Notes under the pieces: generated by a model | Told to the model about the DNA's origin: nothing | The model's input: only the letters and a program-made list of their open reading frames with translations | Databases searched by the model: none | Assembly: GCA_963847785.1 (NCBI GenBank) | Contig: CAWKBE010000010.1 | Span: forward strand, 66,831-130,830 | Length of the DNA: 64,000 nucleotides | Direction of reading: 5' to 3' | Origin: an uncultured Alphaproteobacteria bacterium | Lineage (GTDB): Bacteria; Pseudomonadota; Alphaproteobacteria; Rhizobiales; Xanthobacteraceae | In this document: piece after piece, positions 10,497-20,652 of the stretch | Position numbering within the stretch: the stretch's first letter is position 1 | Layout: every line of letters begins with the position of its first letter | Position numbers and translations under genes: made by a program

Positions 10497-11957
10497 TTAA
10501 GCTTCGGGCCCGCCGAAAATGAAGCAGTGCAGTCCCAAGCGATACTTGGCCACGATGAACAGGCTGGCCGACTCAAACACCAGCGCCACCGAACTTGCGA
10601 TCGCGGCGCCGGCCAGCCCCAGCCACGGGATCAGCACCGCGCACAGGCCGATATTGAGCGCGAACGAAGCGGCGTAAACCAGTGCGCACGACTTCCGTTC
10701 GCCGAGCATATTGAGAAGTCGCTCCGCCGGCCCGACCGAGGCCCGCGCCAGGAGTCCGACCGCGATGATAAACATCAGGTAATAGCCGGAAACGAAATCG
10801 TGGCCGAACAGCCGCAGCATCGGCCTGCCGAGAGCGAGCAGAACGGTGATCGCGCCGAGCGACGGCCAGAATGTCAACCGGACGGACTGCTTGAGAAAAG
10901 CGGCGAGCCGCGGGCGGTCGCCGCTGACGTGATGTTCGGCGAACTTGTGCGCGATTGTCTGCGCCACCGAGTAGTAGATGAAAGCGACCAGCGCCAGCGT
11001 TTTGGCGGCGGCATAGTAGATCGCGACCTCGTTCGGCGGCCGGAACTGCTTGAGCACGATGATGTCGGAATAGGTCAGCAGGAGATAAAATGCTTCGACC
11101 ACGAAGATCGGCACCGAGACGGTCAGCCAGATACGCGCCGCGTAGGCCGTGGGACCGCCTTCGACGACGCCCGACAGCCTGCGATTGAGAACCGCAATCT
11201 GGCCGACGCCGACGCTGACAAGCGCAACGACGCCGACGGCGGTCGCCGTCACGGCGTCGGTTGGCAGGCCGAGCGCATAGGCAAGGCCGATCAATCCAAG
11301 CAGCAAGAGCTGGCGCTGCACGTAAACGGGCGACAGTCCAAGATTGACCCAGTTATAGGAGCGCGCGATGCCGCTCTGTACGGACCAAACACCGAACATC
11401 GGCAGCGAGGCGCATGAAAGGTAGAGAGGAACGACGGTTGCCGGATCGATGTGTGGGGTCAGCAGCTTCACGGCAATGGCGCCGGCGACTCCGGCGATCG
11501 TCCCGAACAGCAACGCGAGCCAGCGGCTGCCGCTGAGAAATCCGCGCAGCAAGGTGAACCGCTTATATTCGATGTATTCGGGGATGAAGCGCTGTGCCGC
11601 CGAGCCGAGACCGAGGTCGACCATACCGCCGATCAAGAGCACCCAGGTCCAGGCATAGATGTAGATCCCGAATTCGAAACCGCCCATCCACCGCGCCAGC
11701 AGGACTTGCGACACGAGGGCGATCGCCGCGCTGACCACCCGGATGAGGAAAGCCGCACCCGCGAGGCGCCGCACCAGCGACGAGTCGCTGCCGTCGGTAA
11801 AGAGCGCGTGCGTCCGCGCGACCGCGCCGTTAATCTCCCCGCTCCAGGGAACGGAAGGCGGCAGGCGCAAGGCATTGCGCCCAAAGCCGCGCCAAGGAAT
11901 ATGCCAAGACGCGCGCCAGAGCGGACGCGACGCGTGCTCGGAACCGATCGATGCCAC
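10497..11957 (-). CDS. polysaccharide/oligosaccharide flippase (MOP/Wzx-like multi-pass membrane protein)
   Basis: Over 10 hydrophobic helices, e.g. LLARWMGGFEFGIYIYAWTWVLLIGGMVDLGLGSAAQRFIPEY. Start uncertain (GTG 11957 proposed). The track ORF extends to 12209 into a cyclase remnant. Confidence 0.75.
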   Translation of the reverse strand: MASIGSEHASRPLWRASWHIPWRGFGRNALRLPPSVPWSGEINGAVARTHALFTDGSDSSLVRRLAGAAFLIRVVSAAIALVSQVLLARWMGGFEFGIYIYAWTWVLLIGGMVDLGLGSAAQRFIPEYIEYKRFTLLRGFLSGSRWLALLFGTIAGVAGAIAVKLLTPHIDPATVVPLYLSCASLPMFGVWSVQSGIARSYNWVNLGLSPVYVQRQLLLLGLIGLAYALGLPTDAVTATAVGVVALVSVGVGQIAVLNRRLSGVVEGGPTAYAARIWLTVSVPIFVVEAFYLLLTYSDIIVLKQFRPPNEVAIYYAAAKTLALVAFIYYSVAQTIAHKFAEHHVSGDRPRLAAFLKQSVRLTFWPSLGAITVLLALGRPMLRLFGHDFVSGYYLMFIIAVGLLARASVGPAERLLNMLGERKSCALVYAASFALNIGLCAVLIPWLGLAGAAIASSVALVFESASLFIVAKYRLGLHCFIFGGPEA

Positions 11958-12159
11958 GAGGACCTCTACACCGCCCCTGCGAAACGCGGGCGACGCAGGC
12001 GTTGTTAGCAAGGAAGCGTTAACATTCGGTTGGAAGAAATTAACAATTGCGGCGCTTGCTGCTGGCGCGGAACCGTGAGCGCGCGATTGAAATACTCCTC
12101 GGCCGCGCCGCGAGGTTTGGCGTCTCGCCGACGAATCCGCGCTCCTGCGCTTCACCTGA

Positions 12160-12674
12160 GCCGATTCAGGGTTGCCGACCACGACCAGCCCCGGTGGCAA
12201 TGCCGACACGGGTTTGCAGTGCTGCGTGCGCCTTCAGTCCACTCACCGCGGCCAGCAACTCGAGCACCGCGCGCTCGGCCTCGTCCTCATGCGCCTCGGG
12301 ATAGCCGAAATACACCAGCACGCCGTAGCTCATATACTTCGCCACGAACCCGCCGAAGCAGCGCACCGTCTCCGCGACGCGTTTCTGATAAGCCGAAATG
12401 ACCTCGGACAAATCCTCCGGGTCATACGGGCGGAAAGGGCCGTCGAACCGACCAGGTCCGAGAACATCACCGTAACTTGGCGGCGCTCGGCGGTATCATG
12501 CGCTTGCGGGGCAATTGGCGCCGCAGCCGGAGCAGGCTTCAGGGTATCTTTATCGACGCTCGCAGTTCCGCGATCGCCCCCAGCAGCTTGCGGCGACGGC
12601 CGACCGAAATGAACGCCGATCTTTTCCAAGTCTTGATCGGTCAGATCAGGTATCCGTCGCATCGCGCCGCTCAA
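12160..12674 (-). pseudogene. class III adenylate/guanylate cyclase fragment (SAM-domain tail + partial cyclase domain), truncated at both ends and frameshifted
   Basis: LTDQDLEKIGV (SAM tail) ... ERRQVTVMFSDLVGSTALSARM. A shift near 12421-12423 follows, then DPEDLSEVISAYQKRVAETVRCFGGFVAKYMSYGVLVYFGYPEAHEDEAERAV...TRVGIATG. A second shift follows, then LVVVG. No ATPase/TPR C-terminal part. Confidence 0.75.
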
Positions 12675-15295
12675 TAATCCTTGAGCAGCCGCTCGATGTA
12701 ATCGAGCTCCTCCTGCGGGCGCAGTACGTCGCCGAAGCGGCGGCGCAGTTCTTCAATAATGCGGCGGGCGCGCTGCACGTCGATCTCGCCCGGCACTTTC
12801 ACCGTGACGTCATCGCCATAGTCGCGGCCGCGCAGCGGACGGCCGAGCGGGTCGGTGTCGCGCTGCGCGCGCGGCTGTCCGAGCCGGCCGTTCTGCCCGG
12901 GACCGGGACCCTGTCCGAGCTGTTGCTGCATCGATTGCGCCAGGCCCTGCGCGCCCTTGCGCAGCGCATCCAGCGCGCGCCCCTGGGAATCAACGGCGCC
13001 TTCGGCATTGCCGTCGCCAAGCTGGCCTTCGGCTTCGCCCATCGCTTCGCCGGCCTGGCCGAGCTGATCCATGCCGCTCTGGCCTTCGCCGTGCTGACCC
13101 TGCTGGCCTTGCCCGTTCTGGCCGACGCCGCGGTTCTTTAGTTCTTCGAGCAGCTTCTTGAGCCGGTCGCGCAATGCCTGCTGGCTCTGTTGCAGGTCGC
13201 CCATGGATTCGTCCTGCTGCCGGCCCTGCTGCCCCTGCCTTCCTTGCTGGCCGCGTTGGCCGTTTTGCCGCCGCTGGTCCTGGCCCTGGCGGAACGTGCG
13301 ATCGCGCAGGTCTTGCTGCTTGCCGATCATGTCGCCGAGCTCGTCAAGTTGCGACATCATGTCGTCCATGTCATCGCCGCCATTCTGGTCCGGCGACGCC
13401 ATTTGCAGATTCTCCATCATCTGCTGGAGTTGTTGCAACAGCTGCCGCGCGGCGTCCTTGGCGCCGTTGCGCGCTAGGTTCTCGAGCCGGTCGAGCATGC
13501 TCTTCAAATCGCGCTGGCTTAAGGTCCGCGCATTGCGGTCGAGCGGCCGCGCGAGCTGCTGATTGTTCCGCAGTTGCTCCTGCATCGACTGCATGAAGCG
13601 GTCCATCGCCGACCGCAGCTGATCCATGAGCTGCTTGATTTCCTGATCGGTGGCGCCGCGTTCGAGCGCCTGGCGCAGCGCTTCCTCGGCGTTGCGCAGA
13701 TTGGCCTGCGCGTCGGAGATGTCGCCGTCCTCGATACCGACCGCCATCTGCCACAGCCGCTTGGTCACTTCGCGCAAATCGTCGTCGGTGTTGGCGCGAA
13801 TGAGCGACCAGAAGATCGAGCGGAGCCCGAGATAGGTCCCGAGGTCGGGCGTGAAATGCTCCGGCGCCAGCGCCAAAGCGTCGATCGCGGTGGTGACCAG
13901 CGGGCGAGCGCCGGCATCGAGCGCAAGATTGCGCCGCTGTTCGACCAGCGCCCGCGCCAGCGGCTTGGTGAAAGCGCGCTCGGGCAGGCGGAACGTGGAC
14001 GACTCGCTCCTGCCTTCGTTGCCGGCCTCGTCGCGGGCGACGAGCGTCATCGTCACTTCGGCGCCGGCCCAGGGATGATCGGTGAGGTCCTTGATGGTCT
14101 GACCGGTCCCGCTCTTGGTGCGCGCCTGCGGCAGCACCAGCGCGAAGTCGGGCGGACCGAACAGCGGATGCGCGGCGGCGCCTTGCGTCTCCGGCTCTTC
14201 CTTGCGCGCAAAGGTGGCGCGCGCCTCGATGACCCCGTAATCGTCCTCGAGCCGGTAGGACAGTAAGATCGAGCCCCGCGCCTGCTGTTCGGGATCCTTG
14301 GCGAGCGAGATCGTTGGCGGCCGGTCGGGAATGACGTTGAACGCCCAGGTCAGATCCTCGCCGACGCCGCGCAGCGTCGCGGCGCCGGTCGTCGCGATCT
14401 TGAACCGGTATTCTTGCGTACCGGCGGGCGCCTGGACTTTTTCCGTTGCCGGCGTAACGCCGCCCTTGCCGGAAATATCGAGATTGAGCTTGCCGGTCGC
14501 GCGCACGACCAGCGTCGAGCCGGCGGGAACGGAAACGGGCTCGCTTGCGTCCGCGTCCTGGCGCGCGACCTCGCCGGGATGCATGCCGGCGAGGATGATC
14601 GGCGGCTTGCCGGTATAAGCGGGCGGCGTGACCCACGTATCGATGCGGAAATTCGCCGGCAGCACCACACCCTGCCAGTCGAACGCCGCGGCAACGCGCT
14701 TCCAGTGCTCGCCGCCGGCGGCGATGAAGGTGGCGATGACGGCAATGAGAACAAGACCGCGCAGCGCGTAAGGGTCGCGCAGCGAAAGCCGCGGCGAAGG
14801 CCATCCGGCCTTGAAGGCGCGGGCGGCGGCCAGCGTGCGCTCGACATGGGCCTGCCAGAGCGCGAGCGAATAGGGGTCCTGCGGAGTGACGGCGAGTTCG
14901 TCGGTGATCGTCGTTGCCGGCCGATGGCGAACGCCGCTCCCGCGATCGAGCCGGCGCAGCGCATCGGCGGCGGCGGGCAGGCGCAAGGAAACGAACGGAA
15001 CGATCGCCGCGAGCGCCAGCACCGCAAACGCGGTCAACCCGGCAGCGCGGGCGAGCGGCGGCAGCCAGAGCCACAATCCAAGCCACGACACCGTCAGGAA
15101 AAGACCGACGACGGCGGCGAGGCGCGCGAGTGCGGGCCACAGCCGCTCCCAGAAGATCGTCCAGCGGGCGCGGCGCAGAGCGGTGCCGAGCTGCGATCGG
15201 GCGACTGTCTCCGGGCTCCGATGCGAAGCGGCAGGCTGGCTCGATGCGGTTTCCGTCACCAAGGTCTCCGCGGAAAAAACTCTGCCCGACGACAC
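12671..15295 (-). CDS. TIGR02302/DUF4175-type alphaproteobacterial membrane protein with Gln/Gly-rich low-complexity region
   Basis: 874 aa with N-terminal TM helices (WPALARLAAVVGLFLTVSWLGLWLWL). Long C-terminal region with QGQDQRRQNGQRGQQGRQGQQGRQQ and GQNGQGQQGQHGEGQSG tracts, ending EELDYIERLLKDY. Confidence 0.8.
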   Translation of the reverse strand: MSSGRVFSAETLVTETASSQPAASHRSPETVARSQLGTALRRARWTIFWERLWPALARLAAVVGLFLTVSWLGLWLWLPPLARAAGLTAFAVLALAAIVPFVSLRLPAAADALRRLDRGSGVRHRPATTITDELAVTPQDPYSLALWQAHVERTLAAARAFKAGWPSPRLSLRDPYALRGLVLIAVIATFIAAGGEHWKRVAAAFDWQGVVLPANFRIDTWVTPPAYTGKPPIILAGMHPGEVARQDADASEPVSVPAGSTLVVRATGKLNLDISGKGGVTPATEKVQAPAGTQEYRFKIATTGAATLRGVGEDLTWAFNVIPDRPPTISLAKDPEQQARGSILLSYRLEDDYGVIEARATFARKEEPETQGAAAHPLFGPPDFALVLPQARTKSGTGQTIKDLTDHPWAGAEVTMTLVARDEAGNEGRSESSTFRLPERAFTKPLARALVEQRRNLALDAGARPLVTTAIDALALAPEHFTPDLGTYLGLRSIFWSLIRANTDDDLREVTKRLWQMAVGIEDGDISDAQANLRNAEEALRQALERGATDQEIKQLMDQLRSAMDRFMQSMQEQLRNNQQLARPLDRNARTLSQRDLKSMLDRLENLARNGAKDAARQLLQQLQQMMENLQMASPDQNGGDDMDDMMSQLDELGDMIGKQQDLRDRTFRQGQDQRRQNGQRGQQGRQGQQGRQQDESMGDLQQSQQALRDRLKKLLEELKNRGVGQNGQGQQGQHGEGQSGMDQLGQAGEAMGEAEGQLGDGNAEGAVDSQGRALDALRKGAQGLAQSMQQQLGQGPGPGQNGRLGQPRAQRDTDPLGRPLRGRDYGDDVTVKVPGEIDVQRARRIIEELRRRFGDVLRPQEELDYIERLLKDY

Positions 15296-15366
15296 GTTAA
15301 CAAGGCGGCGGGTTCAAGGCGCGCGCCTGTAAGGAAGCCGTGCCATGCAAAATATCACAAGCAAAT

Positions 15367-16632
15367 TCAGAGCCAGGCGGGCAGACGATCGAGCGCGATC
15401 AGTTCCTCGGCCGAGACGCGCGGCCGCACCAAAGCCCATTCGCCTTTGCGGACAAGGACTTCCGGCACGAGCGCTCGGGTATTGTAGGTTCCAGCCTCGA
15501 CCGCGCCATAGGCGCCGGCACTCATGATGGCGAGGAGGTCGCCCGCCTTCGGCTCGACCACGGAGCGGTCGAGCGCGATGAAATCGCCTGATTCGCACAC
15601 CGGTCCGACCACGTCGGCGACGACGCGCGGCGCGCCGGCAGCCGTCTCGCGGACCGGACGGATGTCGTGGTGCGCGTCATAGAGCGTCGGACGAACCAGA
15701 TCGTTCATGCCGGCATCGACGATCACGAAGGTTTTGGCTTCGCCGCGTTTGAGATAAAGCACGCGCGTCACCAGGATACCGGCATTGCCGACGATCAAAC
15801 GGCCAGGCTCGAAGATCAATCGGCAATCAAGATCACGCGTCGCGCGCTTGACGACGGCCGCATAGGCATCCGGATTGGGGGGCGGCTCGTTGTCTTCGCG
15901 GTAGGGAATGCCGAGCCCGCCGCCGAGATCGACGTGGCGGATGGTGTGACCGTCGGCTCGCAGCACGTGCACGAAGTCCGCCAACAGCGCGAACGCATCG
16001 CTGAACGGATCGAGCTCGGTGATCTGGCTGCCGATATGCATATCGACGCCGGCGACGCGCACGCCACTTAGCTTCGCGGCGCGGGCGTAAACCTCGCGCG
16101 CACGGCTGATGGGGATGCCGAATTTGTTCTCGGCCTTGCCGGTCGCGATCTTGGCGTGCGTCTTGGGATCAATGTCGGGATTGACCCTGATGGAAATATC
16201 GACGGCGCCGCCCTTGCCGGCGGCGATGCCGGCGAGAAGTTCAAGCTCCGCTTCGGATTCGACGTTGACGCAGAGAATGCCGTGCTCGACCGCGAGTGCG
16301 AGTTCGCGCGCGGTCTTGCCCACCCCGGAAAACATGATCTTTTGCGCCGGGACGCCGGCTTTTCGCGCGCGCAGGAGTTCGCCCTCGGAGACGACGTCGA
16401 CGCCGGCGCCGAGCCGGGCGAGCGTCGCGATCACGGCCTGATTGGAATTGGCCTTCATCGCGTAGCAGATGAGCGCATCGACGTCGGCGAAGGCTTGCGC
16501 GAATACCCGGTAGTGCCGCTCCAGCGTCGCGCTCGCATAGCAATAGAACGGCGTGCCGACGGCGTTGGCCAAGGCGATAAGATCGATATCCTCGGCGTGC
16601 AGCACGCCGTGGCGATAGGCAAAATGATGCAT
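15367..16632 (-). CDS. lysA: diaminopimelate decarboxylase
   Basis: 421 aa with PLP-binding YAMKANSN, GGGLGIPY, and CESGD near the C-terminus. Confidence 0.95.
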   Translation of the reverse strand: MHHFAYRHGVLHAEDIDLIALANAVGTPFYCYASATLERHYRVFAQAFADVDALICYAMKANSNQAVIATLARLGAGVDVVSEGELLRARKAGVPAQKIMFSGVGKTARELALAVEHGILCVNVESEAELELLAGIAAGKGGAVDISIRVNPDIDPKTHAKIATGKAENKFGIPISRAREVYARAAKLSGVRVAGVDMHIGSQITELDPFSDAFALLADFVHVLRADGHTIRHVDLGGGLGIPYREDNEPPPNPDAYAAVVKRATRDLDCRLIFEPGRLIVGNAGILVTRVLYLKRGEAKTFVIVDAGMNDLVRPTLYDAHHDIRPVRETAAGAPRVVADVVGPVCESGDFIALDRSVVEPKAGDLLAIMSAGAYGAVEAGTYNTRALVPEVLVRKGEWALVRPRVSAEELIALDRLPAWL

Positions 16633-16653
16633 GGCGGGTGTTTAAAGCATGCT

Positions 16654-16690
16654 CCGGAAAAGTGGAAACCGGTTTTCCGAACAAGATCAT
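16654..16690. repeat. inverted partial copy of the dispersed repeat core
   Basis: CCGGAAAAGTGGAAACCGGTTTTCCGAACAAGATCAT is the reverse complement (few mismatches) of 4199-4235. Confidence 0.75.
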
Positions 16691-16793
16691 GCGCCGGTAA
16701 AAAGCATGAACCGGAATGAATGAGGCGGTTCGCGAATATTTGTCCCATCATCCTGAGGCGGTCGCCAAACGGGATGACGGAAACAGAGCCGAG

Positions 16794-17126
16794 CTATTGC
16801 AGCAGGAAATCGAGCAAGAACGGCTTTTTCTGACCGGCAGGAGCGACCGGATTGCCATAGGCGTCGAAGCCGTTCTTCTGCGCCGCTTCCTGCGTCAATG
16901 GGCCGTTGGCGACTGGAGCGCCTAGGCTTGCCGCCGGCGCCGCCGACGCGGTCGGCGATGCGCCAACAGCCGGTCCTGGCGGCAGCTCCAGCGGTCCCGC
17001 GCGCCCGCACGCCGTCAGGCCGAAGGCGGCCGCGCCCAGCAAAACAAGCGCAAAACCGGCACTGAGACGATCAAGGCCCAAAAACCACTCCCCACACCCG
17101 CAAAGATCCCGCGACTGCGACACCAT
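16794..17126 (-). CDS. small lipoprotein (between argH and lysA)
   Basis: Signal peptide plus lipobox LLGAAAFGLTAC, then a Pro/Ala-rich mature part. The start codon is uncertain. Confidence 0.6.
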   Translation of the reverse strand: MVSQSRDLCGCGEWFLGLDRLSAGFALVLLGAAAFGLTACGRAGPLELPPGPAVGASPTASAAPAASLGAPVANGPLTQEAAQKNGFDAYGNPVAPAGQKKPFLLDFLLQ

Positions 17127-17198
17127 AGCAGATCGCACGGCCGCGGCGAGATTTTGGCGGCAACACCTTGCCAGGGCGTTTATTCGCCGGCCGCACCC

Positions 17199-18581
17199 TC
17201 AATCCTTAAGGCGTCTGAGCCAGCGTTTGGCCTGCGCGCGGACGTTCTTCGGCGCGGTTCCGCCGAAGACACCGCGGCTTTTCACCGATTGATCGACCGA
17301 AAGCACGCCGAAAACCGCCTTGCCGATGCGCGACTCGATGGCCTGCATAGTCTTCAGCGGCAATTTGTCGAGCGGGACGCCGATCTCCGCTGCCCTGGCG
17401 ACAATCCGGCCCGTCACGTGATGAGCATCACGGAACGGCAGCTTGAGCGCGCGCACCAGCCAGTCGGCAAGATCGGTTGCGGTCGAATAGCCGTCACCGG
17501 CGGCCTGCCGCATGCGGATCACATCGGGTTCCATGTCGCGCACCATCCCGGTCATGGCGGCGATGGACTGCGCGAGCGCGGTGAACGCGTCGATGGTGCC
17601 TTCCTTGTCTTCCTGCATGTCCTTCTGATAGGCGAGCGGCAATCCCTTGAGCACCATCAAAAGCCCCGCAAGGGCGCCGACCACGCGGCCGGTTTTGGCG
17701 CGCACGAGCTCGGCTGCGTCAGGGTTGCGCTTCTGCGGCATCATCGACGAGCCGGTGGTGAAAGCATCGGAGAGCCTGATGAACCCGACCAGCGGCGACG
17801 ACCAGATCACGATCTCCTCGGCGAACCGCGACAGATGCACGGCGGCGATGGCGCAGGCCGACAAAGTCTCCAGCACGAAATCGCGGTCGGCGACGGCATC
17901 GAGCGAGTTCGCCGTCGGGCGCGCAAAGCCGAGCGCTTTCGCGGTCATCGCGCGATCGAGCGGAAACGACGTGCCGGCCAGCGCCCCCGAGCCGAGCGGG
18001 CTTTCGTTGAGGCGGGCGCGCGCGTCGGCAAAGCGGCCGCGATCGCGCGCTGCCATCTCGACATAGGCAAGCAAATGGTGGCCGAGCGTAACCGGCTGCG
18101 CCGTTTGCAGATGGGTGAATCCCGGCATCACATTTGCCGCGTGTTCGAGAGCCTTCTCGGCGAGCGCGCGCTGATAGGCGGCGAGCGTCGCATCAACGCC
18201 GTCAATCCAGTCGCGGATCCAAAGCCGCAAGTCAGTCGCGACCTGATCGTTGCGCGAGCGCGCGGTATGCAGCCGTCCGGCCGCCGGCCCAATCAGCTCG
18301 GTCAGCCGGCTTTCGACGTTCATGTGAATGTCTTCGAGCGCGCGCTTGAACTTGAACTTGCCCGCTTCGATCTCTGACAGGATCGTGTCTAGACCGTGGG
18401 CGATGCGCTTTGCATCCCGCGCCGTAATGATGTCGGTTTTCGCCAGCATTGCCGCATGGGCCTTGCTTGCGGCGATGTCCTGCCGGTACAGGTGGCGGTC
18501 GAAATCGATCGAGGCGTTGATCTCCTCCATGATCGGATCGGGCCCGGACCCAAAGCGTCCGCCCCACATTTTGTTGCTCAT
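17199..18581 (-). CDS. argH: argininosuccinate lyase
   Basis: Starts [28 protein letters not shown] (ATG 18581). Fumarate-lyase signature [12 protein letters not shown]. The track ORF extension to 19361 was rejected. Confidence 0.95.
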   Translation of the reverse strand: MSNKMWGGRFGSGPDPIMEEINASIDFDRHLYRQDIAASKAHAAMLAKTDIITARDAKRIAHGLDTILSEIEAGKFKFKRALEDIHMNVESRLTELIGPAAGRLHTARSRNDQVATDLRLWIRDWIDGVDATLAAYQRALAEKALEHAANVMPGFTHLQTAQPVTLGHHLLAYVEMAARDRGRFADARARLNESPLGSGALAGTSFPLDRAMTAKALGFARPTANSLDAVADRDFVLETLSACAIAAVHLSRFAEEIVIWSSPLVGFIRLSDAFTTGSSMMPQKRNPDAAELVRAKTGRVVGALAGLLMVLKGLPLAYQKDMQEDKEGTIDAFTALAQSIAAMTGMVRDMEPDVIRMRQAAGDGYSTATDLADWLVRALKLPFRDAHHVTGRIVARAAEIGVPLDKLPLKTMQAIESRIGKAVFGVLSVDQSVKSRGVFGGTAPKNVRAQAKRWLRRLKD

Positions 18582-18611
18582 GATGCGTTCGCCGCCGAGG
18601 TTCTTCCGCCG

Positions 18612-19295
18612 ATGACCGAGCCGTCCGCCGAGCCATACTACAAGCTGCGCCGCCGCCGCTTCATCGCCATTGCTTCTGGTTGCGGACTGGCGGCCGTGGC
18701 CGTGCTTGCGGGGGTATACGGGATGGGACACCTGCGAAGCAATCCGGCGGCCGCGACCTGCGAGCCGGCGGTCGTGACCGCGGCGCGGATCGCGCCGCTG
18801 GTGCGCGGGGAGGTCGCGGCGCTGGCGACCGCAAAAAAGCCTTTCCTGATGCCCGATCTCGCCTTCAAGGACGCGCAAGGGCATGACCGGAAGCTGAGCG
18901 ATTGGCGCGGCCGCACCGTCCTGCTCAACCTCTGGGCTACCTGGTGCGTGCCCTGCCGCAAGGAGATGCCGGCGCTCGACGCGCTCGAAGGCCAGCTGGG
19001 CGGGCCTAAATTCCAGGTCGTCGCCATCGATATCGACACCCGCGATGCGGAAAAGCCGCTGGCCTTTCTCAAGGATGTCGGCGCGACGCATCTTGCCTAT
19101 TACGCCGACCAAAGCGCGAAGGTGTTTCAGGAGCTGAAACTTGCCGGCAAAGCCTTCGGCATGCCGACGACGCTCATTGTCGACCGGTCCGGCTGCGAGA
19201 TCGGCGAAATGGCCGGGCCCGCCGAATGGGCGAGCGCCGATGGCGTGCGCCTGATAAGCGCCGTCGCCGACAACGGCGGCACCGTCAAACAATAA
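18612..19295 (+). CDS. tlpA: thiol:disulfide interchange protein TlpA (membrane-anchored thioredoxin-like)
   Basis: N-terminal anchor, then the TlpA-like thioredoxin fold with active site [13 protein letters not shown]. Divergent from argH, as I recall for Bradyrhizobium. Confidence 0.85.
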   Translation: MTEPSAEPYYKLRRRRFIAIASGCGLAAVAVLAGVYGMGHLRSNPAAATCEPAVVTAARIAPLVRGEVAALATAKKPFLMPDLAFKDAQGHDRKLSDWRGRTVLLNLWATWCVPCRKEMPALDALEGQLGGPKFQVVAIDIDTRDAEKPLAFLKDVGATHLAYYADQSAKVFQELKLAGKAFGMPTTLIVDRSGCEIGEMAGPAEWASADGVRLISAVADNGGTVKQ

Positions 19296-19565
19296 CGTCG
19301 AGGTTCGTTCCGATGCCGGCTGCGATATTGGCAAGCGGGTCGAAATTCTGCTGCGCGGCATCGACCAGCTCTGCGACCGCTCATCTGCGCGAGTCGCGCC
19401 GCGACGGCAAGCTGCAACATTCCGGTCTGGGCGCTCATCGTTGCGCCGATGAGGCTTGCGTCCGTGATGCGGGCTTGACTAGCGCTCCAAGCTTAAGAGC
19501 ACGTTGACGCGGCCTAATAGTTGACGTGCGTTAACCTGCGGCCTCCGTCCGGCTACACTGCGCCG

Positions 19566-20501
19566 ATGAACCCCGTGCTCCTGCGCACCCTCACTTGCGC
19601 CTGCCTCGTTGTGCTCGTCGCGCTCGCACCGGCGCGCGCGCAGACCGGTGCGCCGCGCGCCGAAGAGGACTGCGGCGAAATCGAGCGCAACTACGAACTG
19701 GTCAAGGCCGAGGCCGTCTCGGTGCAGACCAACATCGCGCTGTTCGCAGCATCCGACCGCGGTTGCGAGGCGCTGGCGCAGACGCTTCTCGATGCCGGCG
19801 CTTCATTGCTCGCGCGCGACCGCCGCGGCGCCATGCCGCTCGCCCACGCCGCGCGCGGCGGCCATCCGACGCTCGTCGAACTCTTCCTCGCCAAGGGCGC
19901 GCCGATCGATGCCCGCAATGTCGACGGCGGCACCGCGTTGCTGGGGGCCGCCGAAGCCGAGAAACATTCGACGGTCGCACTATTGCTGGCCAAGGGCGCC
20001 GATCCGAACCTCACCGGCCGTTCCGGTCTCACGCCGCTCATCGCCGCGGCCTTCAAGGGCAATGACCGTATCGTCGAAGCGCTGCTCGCAAAGGGCGCCG
20101 ATCCGAAAGTGCGTGATACAACCGGTAAGACCGCGATGGTCTATGCCGCGGCACGCGGCTTCGACGACATTGTACGACGGCTGCTCGATGCCGGTATCGA
20201 TGCACGGGAGCGTTACGGCAACGACCTCACCGCGCTGATGTGGATCGCGGGACACGACGAGGGCGTGGGCGCAGGCGGCGTCGAACGCATCGTCGATCTT
20301 CTCGTCGCGCACGATGCCGTGCTCGATGCCGCCGACAATCGCGGCCGCACCGCGCTGATGATCGCCGCATCGCTCGGGGATGCGGCGACCGTCGGCGTCC
20401 TCCTCCAGCGCGGCGCCGATCGCTCGCTCAAGGACAAAGAGGGCAAGACGGCCGCTGATCTGGCGGCGAACACCGAAGTGCGGGCCCAGCTCGACCGCTA
20501 G
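19566..20501 (+). CDS. secreted/periplasmic ankyrin-repeat protein
   Basis: Sec leader MNPVLLRTLTCACLVVLVALAPARA. About 7 ankyrin repeats (G.TPL..AA..GH...V..LL..GAD). Confidence 0.85.
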   Translation: MNPVLLRTLTCACLVVLVALAPARAQTGAPRAEEDCGEIERNYELVKAEAVSVQTNIALFAASDRGCEALAQTLLDAGASLLARDRRGAMPLAHAARGGHPTLVELFLAKGAPIDARNVDGGTALLGAAEAEKHSTVALLLAKGADPNLTGRSGLTPLIAAAFKGNDRIVEALLAKGADPKVRDTTGKTAMVYAAARGFDDIVRRLLDAGIDARERYGNDLTALMWIAGHDEGVGAGGVERIVDLLVAHDAVLDAADNRGRTALMIAASLGDAATVGVLLQRGADRSLKDKEGKTAADLAANTEVRAQLDR

Positions 20502-20503
20502 TT

Positions 20504-20641
20504 GTCATTCCGGAACGCCGCAAAGGGGCGAGCCCGGAATCTGTAACCACGAATCGCGAATATGGATTCCGGGTTCCTCGCAAGGCCCGTCATCGGGCCG
20601 GCCAATTGAGGCCGGACCCGGTGGCTCGCCCCCGGAGTGAC
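20504..20641. repeat. REP/MITE-like intergenic element bounded by inverted repeats GTCATTCCGG ... CCGGAGTGAC
   Basis: Nested hairpins (ATTCCGG/CCGGAAT; CGGGCCGGCC...GGCCGGACCCG). It fills the whole ankyrin/cytochrome c spacer and resembles repeats common in Bradyrhizobium-type genomes. Confidence 0.65.
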
Positions 20642-20652
20642 GAAGTATCGTC

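Noticed and set aside
13371-15140. 589-aa ORF in an alternative frame of the TIGR02302 gene
   Set aside because: Same strand but shifted frame, extremely Arg/Ala-rich with no domain. The overlapping 874-aa frame has TM helices and family hallmarks.
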